DNA of 64,000 nucleotides, from assembly GCA_038087875.1 (NCBI GenBank), contig JAXLNO010000259.1, forward strand, positions 186,001-250,000. The letters are read 5' to 3'. Within the stretch, counting starts at the first letter, position 1. Each line of letters begins with the position of its first letter. Origin of the DNA: Malacoraja senta. Taxonomy: Eukaryota. This document shows positions 1-13,817 of the stretch, piece by piece. The notes beneath the pieces are model-generated. The model did no database searches, had not been told where the DNA came from, and was given only the letters and a program-made list of their open reading frames with translations. A program made the translations under genes and the position numbers.

Positions 1-2371
1 GAACCTTCTGTGTACTCCCTCTATGGCAATAATGTATTTCCTCAGATTTGGTGACCAAAACTGTACGCAATACTCTAGGGGTGGCCTCACCATGACCCTG
101 TACAACTGCAGTAGAACCTCCCTGCTCTTATACTCAAATCCTTTCGCTATGATTGCTAACATACCATTCGCTTTCTTCACTTCCTGCTGCACCTGCATGC
201 CTACTTTTAATAACTGGTGTACCATGTCACCCAGATCTCGTTGCATCTCCCCTTTTCCTAATCGGCCACCATTCAGATAATAGTCTACTTTCCTGTTTTT
301 GCCACCAAAGTGGATAACCTCACATTTATCCATATTATACTGCATCTGCCATGCATTTGCCCACTCACCAACCTATCCAAGTCACCTTGCAGCCTCCTAG
401 CAACCTCCTCACAGCTAACACTGCCCCCAATCTTCGTGTCATCCGCAAACTTGGAGATGTTGCATTCAATTCCCTCATCCAGTTCATTAATAACCATTGT
501 AAATAGCTGGGTTCCCAGCACTGAGCCTTGCGGTACCCCAATAGTCACTGCCTGCCATTCTGAAAAGGACACGTTTACTCCTACTCTTTGCTTCCTGTCT
601 GCCAGCCAGTTCTCTATCCACATCAATACTGAAACCCCAATCACGTGTGCTTTAAATTTGCATACTAATCTCTTATGTGGGACATTGTCGAAAGCCTTCT
701 GAAAGTCCAGATTTAACACATCCACTGGTTCTCCCTTATCCACTCTACCAGTTACATCCTCGAAAAATTATATAAGATTCGTCAGACATGATTTACCTTT
801 CATAAATCCATGCTGACTTTGTCCAATGATTTCACCACTTTCCAAATGTGCTGCTATCCCATCTTTAATAACTGACTAGCATTTTCCCCACTACCGATGT
901 TAGACGAACTGGTCTGTAATTCCCTGCATTCTCTCTACCTCCCTTTTTTTAAAGTGGGGTTACATTAGCTACCCTCCAATCCTCAGGAACCTCTCCAGAA
1001 TCTAAAGAGTTATGAAAAATTATCACTAATGCATCCACTATTTCTGGGGATACTTCTGGGGGTACTCTGGAATGCAGCCTGTCTGGCCCTGTGGATTTAT
1101 CGGCATTTAAGCCATTCAATTTACCTAACACCACTTCCCGGCTAACCTGTATTTCACTCAGTTCCTCCATCTCATTTGACCCCCGGTCCGCTGCTATTTC
1201 CGGCAGATTATTTATGTCTTCCTTAGTGAAGACAGAACCAAAGCAGTTATTCAATTGGTCTGTCATATCCTTGTTCCCCATGATCAATTCACCAGTTACT
1301 GTCTGCAAGGGACCTACATTTGTTTTAATTAATATTTTTCTCTTCAAATATCTATAAAAACGTTTGCATCAGTTTTTATGTTCACTGCCAGTTTTGTTTA
1401 CATAATTAATTTTCCCTTTCCTAATTAAGCCCTTTGTCCCCCTCTGCTGGACTCTGAATTTCTCCCAGTCCTCTGGTAGGCTGCTTGTTCTGGCTAATTT
1501 GTATGCTTCATCTTTTGTTTTGATACAATCCCTGATTTTCCTTGTTATCCACGGATGCGCTACCTTCCCTGATATATTATTTTGCCAAACTGGGATGAAC
1601 AATTGTTGTAGTTCATCCATGCAGTCTTTAAATGCCTTCCATTGCATATCCACTGTCAAGCCTTTAAGAATCACTTGCCAGTCTATCTTGGCCAATTCAC
1701 GTCATACCCTCAAAGTTACTCATCTTTAAATTCAGAACGCTTGTTTCTGAATTAACAATTTCACTCTCCATCCTTATGAAGAACTCAACCATATTATGGT
1801 CACTCTTGCCCAAGGGGCCACGCACAACAAAACTGCTAACCAAACCTTCCTCATTACTCAATACCCAGTCTAGAATAGCCTGTTCTCTCGTTGGATCCTC
1901 TACATGTTTGTTAAGAAAACTATCCCGCATACATTCCATGAAATCCTGTTCCTCAGCACCCCTGCCAATTTGATTCCCCCAATCTATATGTGGATTGAAA
2001 TCACCCATTATAACTGTTTTACCTTTGTTGCACGCAATTCTAATTTCCTGTTTGATGCCATCCCCAACTCCACTACCTGTACACTGTGGCCTGTACACAA
2101 CTCCCACTAGCGTTTTCTGCACCTTAGTGTTTCGCAGCTCTACCCATATCAATTCCACATCCTCCAAGCTAATGTCTTTCCTTTCTATTGCGTTAATCTC
2201 CTCTCTAACCAGCAACGCTACGCCACCTCCTTTATCTTTATGTCTATCCCTCCTGAATATTGAATATCCCTGGATGTTCAGCTCCCAGTCTTGGTCACCC
2301 TGAAGCCATGTCTCCGTGTTCCCAACTATATCATATTCATTAATAACTATCTGCACATTCAACTCATCCAT
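1..2371 (-). pseudogene. CR1 ORF2 (APE + RT), fragmented
   Basis: Consecutive ORFs 1697-2371, 1369-1695, 949-1347 and 285-743 with EN and RT motifs. Confidence 0.88.
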
Positions 2372-2560
2372 CTTCAGGCTTGTTTTTTACAACACTCTTA
2401 CCCCTTATACATTTATGTTGAAAAGGGGCCGTTTTTTATTTTTGCCCTGGATTTTTCTGCCTGCCACTTTTTCTTTTCACCTTGCTACCTGTTGCTTATA
2501 CCCTCATTTTACACCCCCTCTGTCTAACTACTCGTGCTCCTATTCCCCTGCCACATTAGT

Positions 2561-3510
2561 TTAAATCCTCCCAGACAGCACTAGCAAACACTCCCCCAAA
2601 GACATTGGTTCCATTCCAGCCCAGGTGCAGACCGTCCTTTTTGTACTAAAAAAGTACAACCACCTCCCCCAGAACTGGTCCCAATGCCCTAGAAATTGGA
2701 ATCCCTCCCACTTGCACCATTTTTCAAGCCACGTATTCATCTGCAATATCCTCCTATTTCACTCTGACTAGCACGTGGCACTGGCAATAATCCAGAGATT
2801 ATTACCTTTGAGGACCTACTTTTAAGTTTATCTCCTAGCACCATAAATTCGCCTTGTAGCACCTCATCCCGTTTTTCACCTATATCGTTGGTGCCAATGT
2901 GCACCACGACAGCTGGCTGTTCACCCTCCCCCTCCAGAATGTTCTGCAGCAGTTCAGTGTCATCTCTGACCCTTGCACCAGGGAGGCAACATACCATCCT
3001 GGAGTCGCGTTTGCGGCCGCAGAAATGCCTATCTATTCCCCTTACAATTGAATCCCCTATTACTATGGCCCTTCCACACCTTTTCCTCCCCTTCTGTGCC
3101 GCAGAGCCACCCATGGTGCCATGAACTTGGCTGCTGCTGCCTTCCCCTGATGAGCCATCTCCCCCAACAGTATCCAAAATGGTATATCTGTTTAGGAGGG
3201 AGCTAACCGCAGGGGACTCCTGCACTACCTGCCTACTGCTACGCTGGCTAATGGCCACCCGTTCCCTTTCTGTCCGCTTAACTTTTACCTGCGGTGTGAC
3301 CAACTCACTGTACGTTCTATTCACGACATTCTCAGCATCGTGGATGCGCCAGTATGAATCCGACCCCAGCTCCAATCGTTCAATGCGGTCTGCCAGGAGC
3401 TGCATCTGGACACACTTCCTGCAAACGTAGTCACCAGGGACACCGACCATATCTCTGATCTCCCACATGTTGCAGGATGAGCAAACCACGGGGCCGATCT
3501 CAACAGACAT
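2561..3510 (-). pseudogene. CR1 ORF1p: N-terminal CxxC zinc finger plus SGNH/GDSL esterase domain, frameshifted near 2740
   Basis: CSSCNMWE...YVCRKC; IVIGDSIVRG, LPGAR, HIGTND motifs typical of CR1 ORF1 esterase. Confidence 0.85.
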
Positions 3511-3585
3511 GGCTTGCCCCCAAATTAAATCAACTCACTCACACTATAACAATCTTAATCCTTTAAACTGTACCTTTACTATAAA

Positions 3586-3727
3586 GCACTGTCCCCTTAA
3601 CTCACTCTACCCTAAGCTCACTGTACCCTTAGCTCACTGTCCCCTTAGCTCACTGTCCCCTTTGCTCACTGTCCCCTTACTCACTGTCCCCTTAGCTCAA
3701 TGTCCCATTAGCTCACTGTCCCCTTAA
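3586..3727. repeat. ~16-bp minisatellite (ctcactgtccccttag)n in the CR1 5' UTR
   Basis: About 9 imperfect copies visible. Confidence 0.85.
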
Positions 3728-3883
3728 CCAGAAATAAGAAATGCAAACCTGAGGTTTATCCCAATCAGCTGCTTCCTCGTCCGCTTCCACCAATCAGCGG
3801 CTTCCACCAGAACACTTCCTTTGAAGTGTGAAACGTTACAGATTGGGCACTTCTCCTCTCGCTCCAACGGCTCCTCAGGCTCT

Positions 3884-4564
3884 GTCTTCAGACTGATGTG
3901 AGGGCGGGGGGCGGGAAGATGAAATACGAAGTGGAGGAAGTGCGCTCAGGGAGAGCTGGGAAGGGGACGAGAAAGCAGAGAATGTCTGAAATTGGAGAAG
4001 TTAATGTTCATACCACTGGGGTTTAAACTGCCCAAGCGAAATATGAGGTGCTGCTCCTCCAATTTACGGTGGGCCTCACTCTGGCCATGGAGAAGGCTCA
4101 GGACAGAAAGGTCGGATTCGGAATGGGAGGGTGAGTTGAAGTGCTCAGCCACCGGGATATCAGGTTGGTTAGTGCGAACTGAGCGGAGGTCTTGGGCGAA
4201 GCGATCCCCAAGCCTACGCTTTGTCTCACCGACGTAGAGCACTTGACACCTAGAGCCGCGGATGGAATAGATGAGGTTGGAGGAGTTGCAGGTGAACTTC
4301 TGCCGCACCTGGAAAGACTGCTTTGTTCCTTAAATGCAGCCAACGGGGGAGGTAAAGCGACAAGTATATCATTTCCTGCGGTTGCAAGGGAAAGTGCCAG
4401 GAGAGGGGTGGTTTGGGTGAGAAGGGACGGATTGACAAGGGATTTTCGGAGGGAGCGGTCTGCGGAAAGCAGACAGGGGAGGAGATGGGAAGATGTGGCC
4501 AGTGTATCCCGTTTAATGTGGCGAAAATGTCGGAGCATTATTTCTTGTATGTGACGGCTGATAG
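3884..4564 (-). mobile_element. Penelope-like element, GIY-YIG endonuclease/3' part
   Basis: FTCNSSNLIYSI...LYVGETKRRLGDRF...VAEHFN...RKLEEQHLIFRLG (3946-4308). Confidence 0.9.
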
Positions 4565-5007
4565 TGTTGTCACATACACCAATTGTTGTAGTGGAATTTG
4601 AGTTGCCATTGTAGCAAACAAATAAAATAAACACAACATTATAGAATTACACATTAAACATAAAACATGAAAAAATATCCCGCCACAGCAGGATCAACGT
4701 TTCCGAATGTGAGGGAAGGCATCAAAGTCCGGTCTGCTTCCTGCATGTTCACCAGTGGTCGGGGCCTATTGAGGCCTTCGCAGTCGCCGCTACTGCGGCG
4801 CGATGTTTCAGGACCTCTCGCCGGAATGATGGCATTCCGGTATCTGAAGAAAGCTCTCAGCGGCTTGGAGTTCCGAAACGGCCGCTTGCTACCGGAGACC
4901 ACGGACCCAGAAGTCCACAGGCCGCGCTGGGCGGAGCTCCAACACTGGCGATCTCGGGGAAGGATCCCAGGGAACGCGGTTTTTTAAATCAGCGCCGCCG
5001 CGGCTTG
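4565..5007 (-). mobile_element. GC-rich non-coding repeat (family X), 3' half, Rex1-like tail
   Basis: Similar to 14645-14975 and to the 3' part of 20718-21455; interrupts the PLE. Confidence 0.6.
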
Positions 5008-5889
5008 AACTGTGTGAACTGCGAAGAGGATGTTATGAGGTTGCAGGGTGACCTGCAGAGGTTGAGTGAGTGGGTAGTTGCCTGACAGATGCAGTATAAT
5101 ATAGCTAAATGTGAGGTGGTGCACTTTGACGGCAAAAACAACGGGGCAGATTATTATCTCAATGGGCTTAGGTTAGGTAAGGGGGAGGTGCAACGAGACC
5201 TGGGTGTCCTTGTACACCAGTCACTGAAAGTTGGCGTGCAGATACAGCAGGCAGTGAAGAAAGCTAATGGAATATTGGACTTCATAACAAGAGGATTTTA
5301 GTATAGGGGTAAAGAGGTTCTTCTGCAGTTGTTTCGGGCTCTGGTAAGGCCACTTCTGGAGTATTGTGTATAGTTTTGGTCTCCTAATTTGAGTAATGAT
5401 ATTTCGGTGATTCAGGCAGTGCAGAATAGGTTCATGAGATTGATCCCTGGGATGGCAGGACTGTCATATGAGGAAGGATTGGAAAGACTAGGCTTGTAGT
5501 CACTGGAGTTTAGAAGCACGAGGGGTGATCTTACAGAAACATTAAAATTATAAAAGGACTGGACAAGCTAGATGCAGGAATAATTTCCCAATGTTGGGCG
5601 AGTCCAGAACCAGGGGCCACAATATTAGAATAGAGGGGAGGCCAAAAACGTATTCACCCAGAGAGTTGTGATTATGTGGAACAGATGGCAGTGCAGGCCA
5701 AATCACTGGGTGGATTTAAGAGAGAGATAGATAGAGATCTAAGGGCTAGTGGAATCAAGGGATATGGGGAGAAGGCAGACACGGGTTATTGATTGGGGAC
5801 TATCAGCCATGATCACAATGAATGGTGGTGCTGGTTTGAGGGGCCGAATGGCCTTCTTCTGCACCTATTTTCTATGTGTCTATGTTTCT
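5008..5889 (+). mobile_element. CR1 3' fragment with (TTCTATGT)-type tail
   Basis: MQYNIAKCEVVHF...RDLGVLVHQSLK; ends ttttctatgtgtctatgtttctg. Confidence 0.9.
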
Positions 5890-6254
5890 GTCAAAGCTCC
5901 GCAGACCACAGCTCCACGATGTTGAAGTCAACAATCCAGAGCTCCACACGGCGACCCGGGTAAGGCATCGCGCCGCTCCGCGACGGGACCTCAGTGTTGA
6001 AGGTGCTGTTCGAATCTCTGGCGGTTCTCCGACAGGAAAGACCGCGCCAATCCGAACGGTAAGCCGTGCGGAAGGTGCGAAGATGCGGCACGTGGGAAGG
6101 ACACACCCCCCCATGTAGGGACTGGAAAATACGGTTCCCCCCTCCCCCCATTCCCCACGTAAAAAGACTAAGAGGCCTCCAGAACAAACTAAAAATAAAA
6201 ACAGGGTGAAGGACAAACGGCTGCAGGCAAGGCGGCCACACTCCATGGCGTCAC
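5890..6254 (-). mobile_element. GC-rich non-coding repeat (family X), 5' half
   Basis: Shares gccatg, cagccgt, ttttagt and gtccctac blocks with 20718-20880. Confidence 0.55.
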
Positions 6255-7500
6255 CACTCTGCCCTTGTTGCGAGTGGGGGAATGGGGAGTGAGAGCAGAG
6301 TTACGGGATATAGAAGAGACCCTGGTGAGAGCCTCATCTATAGTAGAAATGGCGAACCCCCGTTCCCTGAAAAATGAGGATATCGCCAATGCCCTGATAT
6401 GAAAAACTTCATCCTGGATGAAGATGCGGCATAGACGGAAGAATTGGGAGTAGGGGATGGAGACCTTACAAGAAAGGATGGGAAGAAGTGTAGTCCAGAT
6501 AACCATGGTAGTCAGTGGGTTTATAATAGATGTCGGTCAGTAGGTTACAGCCTTCGATGGAGATAGTGGAGAATTGTTAGGGAAATGGTCCAAGTGTATT
6601 TAAGTCCCAGTTAGGAGTTAGTGGGGAAATGGATGAAGTAATTTAGTTGTTAATGGGTGCAGGAGGTTGCACCAATGCAGTCGTCAATGTAGCGGAGGAA
6701 AGGTTTGGGTATAGTGCCTTTCTTCGCCTCGAACAAAGATCGTTCGACATATCCTGCAGAGAGGCAGGCATAGCTTGGGCCCAAACGTGCCCATAGCTAC
6801 ACCTTATATTTGGAGGTGGTAGCCACAAGTGCTGGAGAAACTCAGAGGAGCAGCAGCATCTATGGAGCGAAGGAAATTTGTATTTGCACGAAATGGGAGG
6901 AGTCCAACGAAAAGCTGTTAATCGTAAGGACCAGCTCACCTAGGCGGAGGAGGGCATCAGCAGATGGGGATCGGTTCGTTTTGCGGTCGAAGAAGAAACG
7001 GAGGACTTTAAGACCCTGCTGGTGGGGGATAGAAGTGTAGAATGACAGGACATCTATGATGAAGAGGAGGGAATGGGGCCCTGTTAACCGGAAGTCATAG
7101 AGTAGACAAAGTGCGTGTGAGGTGCATTGTACATAGGTAGGGAGGGTTTAACCAGGGGGAGTAGGATTGAATCGAGGTCTGTGGAAATATGTTCGGTAGG
7201 CCATGAATAGGCAGAAACAATGGGTCTGCCAGGATAATCAGGTTTGTGGATTTTGGGGAGAAGGTAAAATCGGGCCGTGCGGGGCTGGGGAACGATGAGG
7301 TTGGAGGCTTAGGAGAGCAGGGAGCCGGAAGTGATAGTATTAGAGATCAGGGCCTGGTGCTCGCCTGTGGGTCAAGATCCAAGAATGAGTAGGAAGAGGT
7401 GTCTGAGAGTGGGCGCGTGGCCTCATCTTTGTAGAGATCAGCGCGCCAGACTACCACGGCACCACCCTTGTCGGCAGAGTGGGTGGGGGGGGGATCAGGA
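6255..7500 (-). mobile_element. Penelope-like element RT region, continuation of 3884-4564
   Basis: Minus strand encodes GVAMGTRLGPSYA (~6770-6805), RYIDDC (~6676-6694), SIPYSQF and PTRNKGRV. Confidence 0.85.
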
Positions 7501-7547
7501 AACATGTTTTGAATTTCCAGGATTCAGCAGCGATAGTGCAAATTAAA

Positions 7548-7840
7548 GTTAGTAGTTTAGTTTAGTTTACTTTAGTTTAGTTTAGTTTAGTTTAATTTAG
7601 TTTAGTTTAGTTTAGTTTAGTTTAGTTTAGTTTGGTTTAGTTTAGTTTAGTTTAGTTTAGTTTAGATTAGTTTAGTTTGGTTTAATTCAGAGTTACAGCG
7701 CGGGGACATCGCTCCAACATGCCACCGGGTCTGCGCCGACCAGCGATCTTCGCATATGAAAACTATCCTACACCCACAAGGGACAATATTTACATTTACC
7801 AAGCCAATTAATCTTCAAACCTGTACGTCTTTCGAGTGTA
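7548..7840 (-). mobile_element. SINE 3' part (HE1/V-SINE-like) with (CTAAA)n tail; (TTTAG)n microsatellite at 7548-7686 on +
   Basis: ~25 TTTAG units followed by a recurring SINE body (gggacaat...ccaattaa...caaacctgtacgtc). Confidence 0.7.
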
Positions 7841-7964
7841 CATTTAATATGTATTGGTCATCACTCATTGCTTGATGGCGGGTTGACAACCCTGGAAATA
7901 TAGGCAGGCTCGGTTCGTTTTTTGCAGATACAACATGGACATGCCTTATTTAATAGTATCCCAT

Positions 7965-8130
7965 TTTCCCACTCACAACACACTGGGCGCAATTTACAGA
8001 GGCATATGAAACAACACCACACCTTTGTGATGTTGGAGGAAAACAGGGAGGGTTCAGGGAGAACGTGCAAACTCCTTGCAGACTGCACTCGAAGTGAGGC
8101 AGTAGTTCTATCAGCCCGGACACTGTGCAT
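7965..8130 (-). mobile_element. V-SINE/HE1-like SINE fragment
   Basis: cagggagaacgtgcaaactcc core motif of V-SINE-type elements. Confidence 0.55.
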
Positions 8131-8359
8131 ATCTGTATGGATATAATCGATGACAGTGGGCGCAATTTAATTGGCTGTCCGTCATTCCCTCACATACCGA
8201 ATAGTCGACGCCTCAGCACTTAGCATGGTATGCTTTTCTGATTATGCTTTCACAACATGCACATTCGTCAATCTTGGTTAACCAATTAGCTGTCCGTGCT
8301 ATTTGTTAAAATGTTACTTGATAAGCACGGGCTTCATGGCGCAGATCATTGCCCGGAAA

Positions 8360-9420
8360 CTACAGCAAAAAGTAGCCGGAAGCCCGAGGATTGGGAAACT
8401 TTCATAGCACAACAGAAGAAACAAAACGGGCAATACGGGCTGAAAAGATTAAGTATGAATGGAAGCTGGGCAGGAATATCAAGAAGGGCAGTAAAAGCTT
8501 ATTAAATATGTTAAGGGGAAAAAGAGTAGCAAAGTCAAATGTGGGTCCCATGAAGGCAAACACTGGTGAAATTATTATGGGCAACAAGGAAATGGCAGAA
8601 GAGTTGAATAGGTATTTCGGATCTGTCTTCACTAAGGAAGACACAAACAAGCTCCCAGATGTACTGGAGGACAGAGGATCTAAAGGGGTAGAGGAACTGA
8701 AATAAATTGTCATTAGGCGAGAAATAGTATTGGGTAGGCTAATGGGACTGAAGGATGATATATCCCCTGGGCTTGATGGACTGCATCCCAGGGTCCTCAG
8801 AGAGGAGGCTCTAGAAATCGTGGACGCATTAGTGATCACTTTCCAATGTTCAAAAGATTCAGGATCAGTTCCTGTGGATTGGAGGATAGCTAATGTTATC
8901 CCACTTTTCAAGAAAGGTGCGAGAGAGAAAACGGGGAATTACAGGCCAGTTAGCCTGACTTCGGTGGTGGGAAAGATGCCGGAGTCAATTATTAAATAGG
9001 TAATAATGGGGCATTTGGATAGCAGTAAAAGGATTAGTCCAAGTCAACATGGATTTATGAAAGGGAAATCATGCTTGACTAATCTTCTGGAATTTTTGGA
9101 GGATGTGAAAAGTAAAATGGATGAAGGGGTGCCAGTGGATGTAGTATATCTAGACTTTCAGAAACCCTTTGATAAGGTACAGCACGGGAGACGTGTGACT
9201 AGAATTAGAGCACATGGTACGGTGTTGACATGGATAGAAAATTGGTTGGCAGACCGGACGCAAAGTGTGGGAGTGAACGGGTCCTTTTCAGAATGGCAGG
9301 CAGTGGCCAGTGGAGTGCCGCAAGGCTCGGTGTTGGGGCCGCAACTGTTTGCCATATATATTAATTATTTGGAATAGGGAATTAGGAGCAATACTAGTAA
9401 GTTTGCGGATGACACAAAGC
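8360..9420 (+). mobile_element. CR1 (family A) ORF2, left part
   Basis: NYRPVSLTSVVGK, QHGFMKGKSC, GVPQGSVLGP; breaks at gatgacacaaagc|. Confidence 0.9.
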
Positions 9421-12400
9421 CTTCCTGGGGGTAGCGACAGCGGCCGGGCCTCCGGTACAGAGACCGGCCCTGTTGCTCAGAAGGCTAGGGAAAAGAAGAG
9501 GAGGGCAATAGTAATAGGGGACTCTATGGTTAGGGGGTCGGATAGCGATTCTGTGGACGCAGTCAGGAGAACAGGATGGTAGTTTGCCTCCCTGGTGCCA
9601 GGGTCATGGATGAGTCTAAACGAAGATATTCTGAACACGGAGGGAGAGGAGCCTGAGGTTGTGGTACTTATAGGTACCAATGACATAGGCAGAAAAAGAG
9701 AAGAGGTCCTGAAATGAGAATTTAGGGAGTTGGGAGGAGTGTTACGGAGAGGTACTGCAAAGGTGACAATCCCAGGATTACTACCTGTGCCACGCGACAG
9801 TGAGAGTTGGAAAGGAATGAGGTGGAGGATAAATGCGTGGCTGAGGAACTGGTGCAGCGGATAGTGAAACAAATTTCTGGATCATTGGGGCCACTTTTGG
9901 GGAAGGTGTGACCAGTACAGAAAGTAATTGAACCCGAGGGGGACCAATATCCTGGCGGGGAGATTTGCAAAGGCTACTGGGGTGACTTTAAACTAGAACG
10001 GCTGGGGGGGACTCAAATAGAGAAAGCTAGTAGAAAATGTGGGAGGCAGGAGGCAGAGAAGGGAAGCACTCGGACCCAAAATGTAGGGGAGAAAGAAGAA
10101 AAAGATAATAAACAGAGAATAATTAGTGGTGGGTTTCTTAAATGTGTATATTTTAATGCTAGGAGCATTGTAAGAAAGGTGGATGAGCTTAGAGCCTGGA
10201 TTGACACCTGGAAGTATGATGTTGTGGCGATCAGTGAAACATGGTTGCAGGAGGGCTGTGATTGGAAACTAAATATTCCAGGATTGCTTTGCTTCAGGGG
10301 TGATAGAATTGGAGGGGCAAGTGGTGGGGGTGTTGCATTGCTTGTCAAGGAAGATATTACAGCAGTGCTTTGGCAGGATAGATCAGAGTGCTCGTCTAGG
10401 GAGGCTATTTGGGTGGAACTGAGAAATGGGAAAGGTGTAGCAACACTTATCGGGGTGTATTATAGACGGCCAAATGGGGAGCGAGAATTGGAAGAGCAAA
10501 TATGTAAGGAGATATCAAATTTTTAATTGTGGAAAGGCTAACTTTGAGGAGATGCGAAAGGACTTAAAATGAGTGAATTGGGACATGTTGTTTTATGGGA
10601 AGGATGTAGAAGAGGAATGGAGGACATTTAAGGGTGACATTTTAAGAGGACAGAATCTTTATGTCCCTGTTCGGTTGAAAGGAAAAAGTAAGAAATGAAT
10701 TGAGCCATGGTTTTCAAGGGAAATTGGACACTTGGTTCGGAAAAAGAGAGAGATCTACAATAATTATAGGCAGCATGGAGTAAATGAGGTGCTTGAGGAG
10801 TATAAAGAATGTAAAAAGAATATTAAAAAAGAAATTAGGAAAGCTAAAAGAAGATATGAGGTTGCTTTGGCAAGTAAGGTGAAAGTAAATCCAAAGGGTT
10901 TCTACAGCTATCTTAATAGCAAAAGGATAACAAGGAATAACATTTGTCCATTAGAGAGTCACAGTGGACAGCTATCTGCAGAGCCAAAAGACATGGGGTA
11001 GATATTGAACAATTTATTTTCTTCGGTATTCACCAAGGAGAAGGATATGGAATTATGTGAGGTAAGGGAAACAAGCAGAGTAGCAATGGAAACTATGAGA
11101 GTCAAAGAAGAGGAAGTGCGAACACTTTTGAAAAATATGAAAACGGATAAGTCTCCAGGTCCTGACAGGATATTCCCTAGGACATTGAGGGAAGTTAGTG
11201 TACAAATAGCAGGTGCTATGACAGAAATATTTCAAATGGCATTATTAACGGGAATAGTGCCGGAGGATTGGCGTACTGCGCATGTTGTTCCGTTGTATAA
11301 AAAGGGTTCTAAGAGGAAACCTAGCAATTATAGACCTGTTAGTTTGACGTCAGTGGTGGGCAAATTAATGGAAAGGATACTTAAATATAATATTTATAAG
11401 CATCTGTATAAGCAGGGTCGGATTAGGAACAGTCAACATGGATTTGTGCCTGGCAGGTCATGTTTGACTAAACTTTTTGAATTTTTCGAAGAGGTTACTA
11501 GGGAAATTGATGAGAGTAAAGCAGTCGATGTTGTCTATATGGACTTCAGTAAGGCCTTTGACAATGTTCCTCATGGAAGGTTGGTTAAGAAGATTCAATT
11601 GTTGGGTATTAATGGTGGAGTTGCAACATGGATTCAACAGTGTCTGAATGGGAGATGCCAGAGAGTAATGGTGGATGGCTGTTTTTCAGGTTGGAGGCCG
11701 GTGACTAGTGGGGTGCCTCAGGGGTCTGTGTTGGGTCCACTGTTGTTTGTCATATACATCAATGATCTGGATGATGGTGTGGAAAATTGGATTAGTAAGT
11801 ATGCAAATGATATTAAGATAGGTGGTGTTGTTGATAATGAAGTAGATTTTCAAAGTCTACAGAGAGATTTAGGCCATTTGGAATAGTGGTTGAAAGATGG
11901 CAGATGGAGTTTAATGCTGATAAATGTGAGGTGCTACATCTCGGCAGGACAAATCAAAATAGGACGTATATGGTAAATGGTAGCGAACTGAGGAATGCAG
12001 TTGAACAGAGGGATCTAGGAATAACTGCGCATTGTTCCCTGAAGATGGAATCTCATGTAGATAGGGTGGTAAAGAAAGCTTTTGGTGTGCTGGCCTTTAT
12101 AAATCAGATCATTGAATATAGAAGTTGGGATGTAATGTTAAAATTGTACAAGGCATTGGTGAAGCCAATTCTGGATTATGGAGTACAATTTTGGTCGCCT
12201 AATTATAGGAATGATGTCAACAAAATAGAGTTAGTACAGAAGAGATTTACTAGACTGTTGCCTGGGTTTCAGCAACTAAGTTACAGAGAAAGGTTAAACA
12301 AGTTAGGTCTTTATTCTTTGGAGCGCAGAAGGTTAAGAGGGGACTTGATAGAGGTCTTTAAAGTTATGAGCGGGTTAGACAGAGTGGACGTGGATAAGCT

Positions 12401-12753
12401 TTTCCCATTGAGAGTAGGGAATATTCAAACAAGGGGACATGACTTGAAAATTAAAGGACATTGGTTTAGGGGTAACATTAGGGGGAACTTCTTTGAGAGT
12501 GGTAGCTGTGTGGAATGAGCTTCCAGTGCAAGTGGTGGAGGCAGGTTCGATTGTATCCTTTAAATATAGATTGGATGAGTATATGGACGGGATAGGAATG
12601 GAGGGTTATGGTCTGAGTGCAGATAGATGGGACTAGGGGAAGTAAACATGAAATAAATAAATAAATAATATAAATAAAAATAAAACAATTGTTCGGCACG
12701 GACCTGAAGGGCCGAGATGGCCTGTTTCCCTGCTGTTATGGTTATATGGTTAA
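9421..12753 (+). mobile_element. CR1 (family B), 5'-truncated: ORF1 esterase end plus ORF2, nested in family A
   Basis: IVIGDSMVRG; ISETWLQ; RT ORFs 11005-11886 and 11886-12518; tail gttatggttatatggtt; ~300-bp EN deletion near 10515 relative to the 54744+ copy. Confidence 0.9.
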
Positions 12754-12754
12754 A

Positions 12755-13669
12755 TGGGTGGCAGTGTGAACTGTGAAGAGGATGTTAGGAGGTTGCAGTG
12801 TGACCTGGACAGTGGGCAGATGCGTGGCAGATGCAGTATAATATAGATAAATGTGAAGTTATCCACTTTGGCGGCAAAATCACGGGGACAGATTATTATC
12901 TCAATGGTGTTAGGTTAGGTAAGGGGGGGGGGGTTGAGCGAGACATGGGCGTCCTTGTACACCGGTCACTGAAAGTTGGCTTACAGGTACAGCAGGCAGT
13001 GAAGAGAACTAATGCAATGTTGGCCTTCATAACATAAGGATTTCAGTATAGGAGCAAAGAGGTTCTTCTGCAGTTGTATAGGGCTCTGGTGTGACCACAT
13101 CTGGAGTATTGCGTACAGTTTTGGTCTCCTAATTTGAGGAAGGACATCCATGTGATTGAGGCAGAGCAGCGTAGGTTCACGAGATTGATCCCTGGGATGT
13201 CGGGACAGTCATATGAGGAAAGATTGAAAAAACTAGGCTTGTATTCACTAGAGTTTAGAAGGATAAGGGGGGATCTTATGGAAACATATACAATTATAAA
13301 AGGACTGGACAAGCTAGATGCAGGAAAAATGTTCCCAATGTTGGGCGTGTCCAGAATCAGGGACGACATTCTTAGAATAAAGGGGAGGTCATTTAAGACT
13401 GAGTTGAGAAAATTTGTTTTCACCCAGAGAGTTATGAATTTGTTGAATTTCCTGCTACAGAGGGCAGTGGAGGCCAAATCACTGGATGGATTTAAGAGAG
13501 AGTTAGATAGAGCTCTCGGGGCTAGTGGAGTCAAGGGATACGGGGAGAAGGCAGGCACGGGTTATTGATAGGAGACGATCAGCCATGGTCGCAATGAATG
13601 GCGGGGCTGGCTCGAAGGGCCGAATTGCATCCTCCTGCACCTATTTTCTATATTCTATGTTTCTATGTT
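12755..13669 (+). mobile_element. CR1 (family A), right part with tail
   Basis: Resumes |tgggtggcagtgtgaac, rejoining 9420; ends ttctatgtttctatgtt. Confidence 0.9.
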
Positions 13670-13817
13670 TACATGCACAGCAAACACGTAGCAGTTTCTG
13701 GCGCTCCTTTCCCAGCGTCTTTCAGTGATCCCCAACAGAAGAAATGGTCACCTGAAATTAGTGCTGGGTTTCAGTACAATGTACATTTACCTCAAAGCAC
13801 AGTATAATGTTTTATAG

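Larger units (their letters stand above)
1..3880 (-). mobile_element. CR1-clade LINE, 5' end to RT, runs off the window start, degraded
   Basis: ORF1 (2561-3510), APE endonuclease (1697-2371: ETWLQ, GDFN, SDH) and RT fragments (285-743: LDFQKAFD, GVPQGSVLG, FADD) in CR1 order, broken by stops and frameshifts. Confidence 0.92.

Noticed and set aside
310..3430. Many antisense ORFs over LINE coding regions, here and throughout the window
   Set aside because: Shadow frames of RT/EN sequences with no independent evidence
3586..7686. CRISPR-like or telomeric arrays
   Set aside because: The repeats have no spacers; (TTTAG)n is a SINE tail rather than TTAGGG; the context is eukaryotic
7845..8360. 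Possible exon with donor atg|gtatgc near 8227
   Set aside because: All frames have nearby stops and part of the region is SINE-derived
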